DNA of 64,000 nucleotides, from positions 4,836,001-4,900,000 of the forward strand of contig NC_081333.1 in assembly GCF_022539665.2 (NCBI RefSeq). The letters run 5' to 3'. This DNA is from Daphnia carinata. Lineage: Eukaryota. The translations under genes and the position numbers were made by a program. Shown here one piece after another: positions 53,401 through 64,000 of this stretch (position 1 is its first letter; each line of letters begins with the position of its first letter). A model generated the notes under the pieces. It was not told the DNA's origin. It did no database searches and saw only the letters and a list, made by a program, of their open reading frames with translations.

Positions 53401-56400
53401 GGGTAAAAAGGGGAATCTTCTCTCTTTCACTTGTAACTAAATGACTAACTTTTAATGCCAAGTTGTCAACTCTAACGGAGCAAAGTCTTCGTTCTGATGA
53501 ACGATTACAGTCCCGACTTTTTCCAATTTCCCGCTTCTTTTTTTTTTCGCATTATTTGACATTTCGTTTTGTGGGTGGCAGAGATGGTTCTAGACCAGTT
53601 GAGAGATGACAACCTTGTTCCCAAGATAAATGTACACATCCCCCCCCCCCACAAAAAAAAGAAAAAAATTGAAAAAATAGAGAATGAAAAGGGATAATAA
53701 AAGACTTTCAGTGAGTGGAACCAACATGAAATGCTGTCGACGGCGTTGGCTATGGCGGTCGCAATAGAAGGTTCTTGCAATATCATGTTACTGCGTAGCA
53801 AAAAAAAAAAAAAAAAAAAACTTGTTAAAGTTATTCTTTATTTTATTTGATTTTAATATATTTCTTTTTCCACGTTGGTCGTTTTGGTGAGGGGTTCCTG
53901 TGAAAGATGACAGCATTGTGAATGTGTCTGAGCCAGTCGCGATTTATGTACCACAGCCAGCCAAGATACAGAAAGAAGGAACGAAAAAAAAAGGAAAAAA
54001 AAAAGAAAAACGAAGGATCGTTACGTTATCCGACATAGAGAAATCGACGCGGTCATCTGCAGATATTGGATTTCCGTTTGTATTTTTAACCGCACAGGCA
54101 AACTGTCTATAACTTACGTCAGTCTCGGTACAGTTTTTATCATGCAAAACATCAGCTAATGCGTGAACGGACTAGGCTACCATTTGCCACGCGCTAAAAT
54201 TCAAGGAAGCGATCTCCTTCTTTTGAATTCCTTGTCCATTTCCGTCTTGTTTATCATCATAATGTACAGCTGTCAGAGAGAGTTGAGCCTCTTCTTCCAC
54301 CACGTGTAGGGCAATGCTTGCTTTATTGTCTTCATTGTTTTGGCAGAGCGAAAGTGCGTCGTCCATCAATCTATAATAGTCTCGATGACTCCTGTGTCTT
54401 TGGCTAATACGAGCAATCGAAGGAAACAAAAGGGGACAGAGTGAGATCAAAAAATAACACAATGGAGCATGCGAATGAAAAGAAAAGAAGGGGAAGAGAA
54501 AAAGGATCTCCTCGAGGACAGAAAGACAAACTGCTCTTCAGTTGAGTTACCAATGGAAACAATCCCCTGTCAGCCGTTCTGCTCCTCCGTTCGCCAGTGG
54601 ATACAGATCGTTACCAATGTGCCGTTCTTCCCTTAGTAAATACGCATGACATCTATAAGAAGAAAATGGATCCCATTTCTTTGATGGACGAGCTACTTCC
54701 ATTTTTACGTTACCGCTTTCTAAACGCGTAATATTTCTCGGCGTGGCCTCGTACTTTCTTTAACACACAAGCCGAAGCTGTCCTGCACATAGACCAACGG
54801 TAGAGCTATTGTCCAAAGACGACGCGTTACTCTTTAACCCCGCTCGAACCTAACGAGATCATTCGATGAAACGTGACGTTTCAATATTTTCAGCAATTTT
54901 TTTTCTCCAAATGTTTCTTATTACATTTTCAGTAAAATGATTGGGAATTCTGTAAAGCTGGACGAGATACGCAGTCACTGAATGCGCTTCCAGGACAGTT
55001 AAAGTAACCGCCGGTTTACATAAAGGCAAAAAGAAGGGCTACAGTGGAAGGATTCCTTCTCAATCATTTACCTATTTATCATGTGTTCCTTGCGTACGTC
55101 ATGTTCTATAGTTAACCTTTCTTCCCGGCTATGCAGCAACGATCTGGAATGCTATTTATAACCATTTCACCTCATATCGCCACTGTCTAATAGAAATACA
55201 ATAAAATCTAGGATACCAAGACTTCATCGAAAGAACCGAAAACAAATCAAGTATGTTAAACTTGAAACTAAAAGCGTTCACAACTTGCGTGTGCAACTTA
55301 CAGGCGGGGGGGGGACGATAAGCTAGTGAATGCCATAGCCAATGCACTTCGTTGCGTTATGTTACTGTAATGGACGTATCTTATTGGAAAATGTTCTTCC
55401 AAGTGGAAGATGGGTCAGACGCAGTACGCCGTTGATGGACAAGAGTTATTTCCTCGCCTGGTGGACACTTTTTTTTTCACGCCGGGCTCTTCTATTCCAG
55501 CGTCTTGGCATGTGTTATGGTTCCCATTTTATACTTTTTTTTTTTGCTAAGCCAGCAAAACACACACAAATAAAAAAACAAACAAAAAAGCTCGAAAATG
55601 ATAAGGTGGAAATAAAAGAAACAAAACGAAATACATAAACCTAAACCAAAAAATTTGAGGATCAAAGGCGCATTTTTCTTTCAGTAAAAATGGTTTAACC
55701 CCGTTTTTACGGTCGGCTTGCTATACTGACTCGTTTCTGTATTAGTTTCTCATTTTTTTCCAGCTAGACATCATTGTGACTTGCCGTCACTTGTCGCGTT
55801 TGATGAGCAACCGTGACATGAAAATGCAACTGGGCTTACTATTCTTATGTCGTCTAATCATTGTCTCCGTCTGACGAGTTTGCACATGACTGCGCTGAAA
55901 CGGTTGAAATAGCTCAAATCTTTCAAATTTGAAAGCGTTTCACTATTAGATACGCGTTGCTTTGGTTTTCGAACGCAGGCAACGGCCCAGGCAGAAGCAA
56001 CCAAATGTAGAAAATATTATCTACAGTGGCTGATGAGATTGATTGTAATTGCCTGAGCCTTTTTTGTTCGCCCTTATCGTCTTTCACTGGAAATTCAGAC
56101 GCACACGACATAGGTCGTAACTCTTTAAAGGTTGATCCGTTCGAGAGTAATACATTTTAAAGAAACGATTGTGTCAATTCATGTTTGCTAAACGTGTGGC
56201 ATAGCGATCGATCACCTAAAACAAAGACAACGCAACAAGAAATATGGAGATGATACACGTGAATTGATAAACTGTGAGGAAAACTATGAACTGTTGTCGT
56301 TGTCTGAGTGTCCGTCTTTTCGTCACCAGATAAGCTTAGTCCTTAATCCAATGACCCTATTCCTGCTGACACTCGTTGCCGCGCATTGATGTGCCGTTGT

Positions 56401-59400
56401 TTATGTTTGGCACTATCTCACGAATTGTTGACAGTCTAAGCCACGGGTGAGGCAACGTTCTCCAAAGCTAAAAAACGACACGTCGGCAGGATCCGGTCCC
56501 GATTCAATTAGCTTTTCAGTTTGACAGCCGCGGGCTTGGCTTGCCAGTTGAAAGGAGTTGGGGAAGAGGCAGTCGCTTGCGAATACATTTCGACGTGCTC
56601 TCACGACAAACCAACGTGAAGAAGATGGGAAAAACACAAGCGCAGACTAGTTCCTGTTCGGGAACTTTTCCCATTCTGAATAAAATCGCTTAAGTCTTGA
56701 ATATTAGAACACCACCCAGAGTGACACATGGAACCAATCTTCAAGCGGATGAATCTATTTTCATCGGATTTTCTTTTCTCCTCTCGTGTTCTTGCCGTCG
56801 CGCACACGAAAAGCAGTTGCATTTGATTAGCTGCCCCATTTTTTTCATTTTGGCTTTTTTTTCCAAACAGCTGTTTGACTTTGGATTGACTTGGAAATAC
56901 TAAACTAATAATTAAACCAATCTTAGAGAGGATCACATTGCTTTACGTTCGAAATAAATGAATAGGAACACAAAGGGATAGATTTGCTGTGTTTTGTCTG
57001 TGCCTATACCCATGAGCCAAATGGCTGAAACTTTCGAAATTTGTTGCCATTGACGTCGAATAATTTAAGCTCACGTTTAGTCAAACTGCAAGGTCTATCC
57101 TGAATGTGAAAAAAGTCAGGCTAATTTAATTCACTTTCTTTTGCCACAAATCTTTTTGGTTTAATCCCATTTCTCCCTTGCCTATCTCGCTATCTTTTCA
57201 GTCCGTTTTTCGTTCCGTTCGTCGCCCTATACCAAGTTGAGTGCAGTAGCTTAAGAAGGACATATTGAACAGCGACGCGGCGACATGGTGAATATAGACC
57301 AATTTTTTTAATAACAAAACTGCGATCGGAACGCTGGCGGCGACATCACGGCAAAATCAATCTTCTCTGTTATTGATCGTCTTATGAACATGAAAGCTAA
57401 GATGTGAATAAGTCATCATCAAATGGGATCCCGTCACATTATTCTTTTTTGTTTTATGTTTTTTTGTTATTTTTTTTTTTTTAGCCCCTAAATTTCCATT
57501 TTCTCGGCCCGATGACTTGACGTCCTTGTTGGAGCAGCTCTTGTATTAGCTATTAGTTGTCATATTCGTTAAGGTTGGAATGTTATTATTCAATCTTCCT
57601 TCCGAGAAAACGAAAATTAAGCTTTGATTTTTGTTTCCATCGAAAACGGTTGTGACAAACTCTTGTGCTGATTATTGATTGTGACTTACTAGGTTATTTG
57701 TGGAGTTCTATTTTAACGAAACAACCATTTTTGGCTTGTGCCTTAATTAGCAAAAATTGATTTGAAATAGTTACTCTCCGTCGAATTCCTTAGGCCTTAA
57801 ATGGGAATTTTGTCATAAAATTGAAACACCTTGCGTTTGTTTGACCATTTGCAGTAAAAAAAGGCATCATGCGAGCAAGTAATTCATGAAGTGAGCCTAC
57901 ATAAAACACTGTAAAGTGGATTAGAGGCTGTTGTAAAACGTTATTGACTACTACTGCAGACGCGCGGACATCCCTAGTTCGACTTTGTTTCATTAATCCA
58001 TGGTGGTGGTTTGGCATTTGCAAATGATCTTACTGAGGGATTTTGGGAACCTGGTAATTGATGATTCGTCTTGTGCATCCGCCCTTCAGTCTAATGTTCT
58101 AAAGGCAGTGGAATTCAAACAACACGTTGCATTCCAACATGTATCCTTCCATTACAAATATCGTCTTCTTTTTTTATACCATTCCGTTGAGGAACATGAT
58201 ATAATTAGGGAAAGAAGCTTGTTTATCGAATTCTTGCTATTTAAACATGATCGCGGATAGTGCTTAGCGGCAGGCTGGAGCGTGTGATTCTCATGCAAAT
58301 CGACACAAACTTGCTCACTGCCATAAAATTTCATTGATTCTTCAGTTCAGGACTGCTGACTACCCTCAAACCTTTTACGCGTGATCAGGAGACACGTACA
58401 CGAAGCACGCAAAAACAGGTTGCTGGACTAATTTACCGGAATACTGGTCCGATTAGTAGACATGTTACGACATGTTACTCCAATTAAAGCTCAGTGTTAA
58501 GATATAATCAAAAACTTCCATGTTTCAGGCTACTGAGCGTTTGAAGTCTATTTCAAATAGGGTTGATTATGTCTTCAGCGAGATTTTTTTTTATATTAAA
58601 AAAACAAAAAAGGGAAAAAAAAAATACTAGAAAAGAAAATCATGTTGCCCCGCTTCATTTGACATGTCGGAGAACGCTTTCCTTTAGCATGTAATAAGCT
58701 CATCTCTGGGAGCAATGACTGGTCGTAATACGCTTAATGAAAGCAATAGTCGGAAAGGCAGCTGCCGGAAATGAGGTTCCTTCTACTGTACAGCGAAGTT
58801 GCTGGGCCTGCAGCGAATCTCAAAGTGTTTCTTGCATCGTGCACTGCACCGTTGGCACCGACGAAAACAAAGAGAAGGTCGTCATTTTGAATGAACGGGC
58901 GATAAGATTGTTGTTGGAGTGTATAAAAACTGGGCTTTAAATCGTTCATTTCCGCCAAGAGACTGCCATCAACCTCTCATGTCTCGTCTACGACCCGTTT
59001 CTGAGAACTTTCTTGTTTGTTCCCAAGATACGACCAATATCAAACCGAAAGTGCCGTACGGGTTTCGTTTAACCAATTTTGGCGAGTATACTTTCTTCTT
59101 TTCTAATTGATGTCCGATGGCGTCATGTTTGGTGCAATTGTTCTTGTGTGTCAAGGTAATACCAATATGCCACGCTAGCGTAACACACAAATTTCAAATG
59201 AGCAATATGCACTTCTTTTGTAAAAGAACGGCGAAGTCATTCTTAAGCCGACTGAAAAATTCGGAAGGATACACAACAAAACGCATATTGCCTATTTGTT
59301 CTTCTTTCTTCGTATGATGTACAATGCAAAAGCGGCAGATGCGAATGCAAACTTTAAATAATACAATGGCCTACCAAAGAAACTAATGGGACGTTTTTCT

Positions 59401-60512
59401 TTTATAGGTAATGCTGTGCCAAGGAAGTAGCAGTCGTCAGAATCCTGCTCCGGGATTATGGCGCCGGTAGAAGACGTAGTATCAGTATGGCTTGGGTCCG
59501 AAGGCGCATGGCTTTCGGCTTCACCCGATGTTGCCACGATTTCATGCCCGCGTACTGTTCTTGCCGACAATTCAGTAAGTGTTTTCTTTCATATCAATGG
59601 TGAATATAAAAATACAAAATAGATAAGCAAAATAGATACAACGAGAAAAACGGACCAGTTTCAACAAAAAATGAAGAAAATGATTGCTTCGAATTGTAGG
59701 GAAATTACATAAAAATTTACCCTTTTCTTTGCCGATGAAGTCATGCCTGTTTAGGGCACAATCGTTATGCTAATGGACTCAATGTGCCGCGTTTTACAAG
59801 AAATGGTGCAATTTTAGCCAAAGGTGTGTAGGGCATGAATTTTAGTTTAAAACGAAATATTTGAAAATGAATCGAAAATTCTTGTTTGAATGTGACTCAA
59901 AATATGATAAGAACAACGTTTCATGGTTTTTACATACCTACACACTTAATATTCCCAGTTGCTCTTTCTGCAAAATTGGACTTTCCTAGAAATATCCGGT
60001 ACACCATGGTAAAAATGCTTTCGCTTTAGTTTTTAGGGTGATGTGATAGGCTACCCTGAAAATGAGATTATTTCACGAGCAAGTTCATAGTAGGTCTCAC
60101 ACTTACTTCAAGCGCATATAACTAGCGTGTTTCGGACAAAGGCTTCGTTGCATATGCGTAATTTACCAAGAGGAACGTTGTCGGGGTGGAGGTAAATTTG
60201 AAAAAAAAGGGATGGCGTAGATTAAAAGTTTTGAACAGAATCGAAAGCTTCGCCTGGGATTCAATTTTCGTTGTAGGCTTTATGGCTTGCCTTACGATTT
60301 AAAATGCTTGGTGGCGAGTCTGCTGCAGATTAACCCCTTACCATCCGTTTGTACTGATTTCATTAATATTAAAGAATGTTTAAACCGGGTGAACTTAATG
60401 CCATATTGTGTAATCTATCTATTAAGATATGTTGATCGCAAAATTTGTACCGATGTACTACTTGGGAACTGTGGCGTATAACGCAATTGTTATTATTCAT
60501 CACTAATTTCAG

Positions 60513-63500
60513 GTGAAAAAATCAAGGAACCATCGGATGCTGGTGAAGCCCAAGATGGCAGGTCAATTTTCCTCTCTTCCGATGCTTTCAGCAGCTACCA
60601 GTGCAAAATTAAGTCTGGCAGGCTGCGGCGGCATCGATTTGTCTCGTCTCTTCTACCACGAACCACCAACGATGGCTGCCGGCAGTCGCTAGAGCAGCTT
60701 GTACTACGACCTACGATCTCTCAACGCTCCCACCTTATGCCCATCATCTCGTCCCACCACACTGTTGTCTTCATCATCGTCACTCTTCTCCACTCGCTAT
60801 TCACCTCAGGTAGGCTATATTCGTTAATCAAGTGCATTTGAAAATGGTTCTCAATCAGCGAAGATGAGTCAGGGCAATTTGGCTGCTATAATTGGCAGAG
60901 AAGGGATTTGATCATTATCCAACTGATACAAACATTAACAATTACCACAAATGAAGGCACGTTTTATTAGATTTTTTTTCACCTGTCTATTTAATAAAGT
61001 TAATAGCGTCCGCTTAAGCATGCCACCAGACCCAAACTTTTTAGACTTTTTTTTCAGGCATCAATTTTCAGCAGAGATTTTTGAATATATTAGAAGGTTG
61101 CACCTAAGTGTGGCTCTTGGTAGAAAGTTCGATTTCTTAAAAGGCCAAACAGCCATGTGTTTCCTTTCTTCTACCTGGCAGATGAAGTAATTCAGTATGG
61201 AATACGGCCGTCGTACAGGCTAACGTAAATAGCAAACTAACCTTTTCAAATCCTGAAAGTTTCTTATATATGTGACTAGCTACTCACGTCTACAAACAAA
61301 AGCTTTGTGGGCGTGAAAACTGTCCAACACGGCTGAAGAATCTCATTACCTACGTTTTACTTTTTGAGCGTTTACTTGCAAAGGCTTTTGTACCCCCTTA
61401 CTTTTTCTTATAATCCTTAGCACTTCCCGGGACTTCCATAAGATGATCATGATCTAGAAGGGCATTCCATTTCGACGAGATCCATCTATAGGCGTCACTC
61501 TAGAAGTAGCCAGGCGTGAAATTCGTTCTTCTTTTCTAGAACATAAAAAGAAAAAGGGAGTTGGATGAAAGACAACAGTAAAAGCTTCAATAAAATTGTC
61601 AGAAGATAAGTAGGCAGCACAGCATAGAGGTTTAAGTCGTCTTTTTACTTTTCTGTTGATTATCGTTGATGTTATAGTTCTAAAGGATTCTAGAACGAAT
61701 TAATCGTAAACATGTTTTGAAAAACAGATTATTTGTTTCGCTGCCAAAGTCTGAGATCATTTTCATTTAACTATATTGAATGAATCCAAGTTCAGAAATT
61801 AATAATAATAAATTCATTCTTGAATACCACATTATACTTGGGGACCAGGAGATGCCAAGCAGGTGCTTACATTGTACGTGGTCAATCATCCTTGATGGTC
61901 CATAAATCCTAGCCTTTAGACTTTTATATGCCTTCATAAAAAAGAGAAAGACCGAGTCGTAAGAAGCCGAAAAGAGTCCTTTCACTGGGACGGAAAAGGA
62001 GAAACGCAATGAACCAGGGTAGACTGAGGGCGCTAGAGGAAGGACGCAGAGAGTGGTTTCACTCGGAGCGAGCCAATTCAACTCGAATGGGAACAACAAC
62101 ATCGCAAAGAATGAACGTTGATGCCCTTCCGATCGATGGAAGATTCTATTGTTTAATGCCAGCACGCTGGAGCATTAGGCTGATGAATTAAAAGCCACAT
62201 CAGCCACCCACATGCAGCCGATAAGATAGAAAAGGCATGGCCAGCAAAAGCATTTGAATATTTCCATAAAGAAACTTGAGTAAAACAAGAAGTTCAGAAG
62301 GACGGAATGATGGGCATATGCAGCCAAATAGTTTCGAGAACTGGGAAGACGAGAGAAAAAGCAGCGTAAAGTAAATTTCCCTTGATCTGCACACGTTCCG
62401 GCCATCGATGTGTTTTGTTACAAAAAAGCAGTCGTTGGTGTAAATCACTTTGGAAAACGAATTTAAGCAAACTACGCTATTCCTTGTTTAAAAAATTATT
62501 TTGTTGGCTTCAGAGTTCTATGCTTTAAGTTTAAACAAATAGTAATACATAACGTGATGTATCTAGCCATATTTGGTTTTTCTTGTCTGTCTCTTCCTTT
62601 TCCGTTCAAACTCGGTTCTCTGGTGCTCATTCTTGCTATTCATTTTCCACAGGATTAAGCAATCCACAGGACGCTGAACATCTGACGGCCATGGTGGGCG
62701 ATTCGATCGTCTTTAACTGCCACATCGAGTTTCCGGAAGCCCATCCCGTTCCTTACGTCATCCAATGGGAGAAGAAGGTATGGTATTATTCTTCTTAGTA
62801 GTATTTTCAGAATTTTTGTTTTGTTTACTTGCCGTAAAATATGCAGCTAAGGCCGGTCTGGTAAAACGTAAGCATATGGGCCTCACCTTCCTATATAGCT
62901 CTCTTCTTATGGATAAAATACAAAAACCAGGCATCTTTAGTGCAAGACTTTGCATTTTACATTCAACGTAACATTTGAGCAAATAAACATTGAGCTATAC
63001 TCTATTAATGGCAATAACAGCAGTTTTATGTATAACTGCTCTACGGTCATTCGACATTGTAGCCGTTCCTAACATGCGTCTATATGTTTCAGAAGATGAT
63101 AAAGAAGGCGATGTGCCTATATTATTTGGTAATTGTAAACCAAATCGATATAAATGCTAACCAACCGTATTTTGTTATGGCATTTTTAAGGGGGTAGAGA
63201 TACCCATCTTCATTTGGTACGAAAACTACCTGCATACGGGCGAAGGATACGAAGGCCGAGTGTCTCGCGTGGCTCAACAAGGCTCCTCTCATTACGGCCT
63301 AGCTTCGCTCAATCTGACGCGGATACGCGAGTCCGACCAAGGGTGGTATTCGTGCTTGGTCAACTTTCTCAATCGTTCGCCTCGCCAGGACAAGAATGGC
63401 ACTCTCTTCCATCTCAACGTTCACGGTAAAAATTTGTAAACATAATTTTCTGTTTTATCCACTGGCTTTTGAAATGCTAAAGAATACCAATACGATTGAA

Positions 63501-63890
63501 TACTTAGCCCACAAAGCTTCGTTCTGAAAAAAAAAATGCCAGTTTAATAAGACATACATTCCGTAACAATCAAGTAATTAGAAATTTTTTTTTTTCATGT
63601 TAATATGATGACAGCACCGCCAAGGTTCACTATGACTCCCGAAGACGTGGTGTACGTCAGCCTTGGAGATCCTATCATCTTGAGTTGTCTAGCTGAAGGA
63701 ACACCTGTTCCGGAAATTCTCTGGTATCGCGATAATGAGCTAGTGCAAACTTCACCCTCTTTAGCGGTGGCTAATGATGGCACCGAACTGCGGATTTCAA
63801 GTATACGGCAGGAAGACATCGGCGACTACACGTGTGCAGCCAAGAATGGTCAAGGAAGTGTGCGGCATAGCACGAAACTCGTCGTAGCTG
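60513..63890 (+). CDS. tutl: Protein turtle (IgSF9 family Ig/FnIII adhesion receptor), 5' part; continues beyond the window
   Basis: Exons 60513-60809 (first in-frame ATG 60737, signal-like MPIISSHHTVVFIIVTLLHSLFTSG), 62653-62777, 63191-63425 and 63615-63890 splice in frame. DAEHLTAMVGDSIVFNCHIEFPEAHPVPYVIQWEKK, ASLNLTRIRESDQGWY and APPRFTMTPEDVVYVSLGD...NDGTELRISSIRQEDIGDYTC closely match Drosophila Turtle Ig1-Ig2. Confidence 0.92.
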
Positions 63891-64000
63891 GTATGTTGTT
63901 TTTTCTTTTACCAAAAAACTCCATTACAGGTGAATGAATCCCAAGCTTTAGAACTAGTAAACGAACACGGGTTACTTCTCGGGACGTCTAGTATGTAATT

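Noticed and set aside
29300..59600. Numerous 60-209 aa ORFs rich in F/K/L or CV/HT/RE repeats
   Set aside because: These are translations of poly-T/poly-A and dinucleotide microsatellites, often with non-ATG starts.

Overview
Eukaryotic, AT-rich, intron-dense arthropod DNA. The 55-170 nt GT-AG introns, gene content and repeat style suggest a branchiopod crustacean such as Daphnia (inference, not verified). There are three zones. (1) 1-12.6 kb is a transposon graveyard. A decayed minus-strand P-element/THAP9-type transposase is interrupted by three CCCTA-ended EnSpm/CACTA-like elements and a solo LTR, followed by a second THAP9 remnant on the plus strand and hAT-like MITEs. (2) 12.7-26.5 kb holds compact genes: eIF1AD, angel (CCR4/EEP family), RpL40 (ubiquitin fusion) and a kinase-retaining Tube/IRAK4 lying tail-to-tail with RpL40. 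(3) 27-64 kb is a microsatellite- and homopolymer-rich non-coding domain, probably the promoter and a ~27.5 kb first intron of turtle (IgSF9), whose first Ig exons start at ~60.5 kb. Most short ORFs in the supplied track are spurious. I found no prokaryote-type system (CRISPR, operon etc.). The best leads are the nested transposon stack, an in-frame TGA splitting a targeting-peptide-like leader from angel, and a long AUG-less open frame upstream of the turtle signal peptide.
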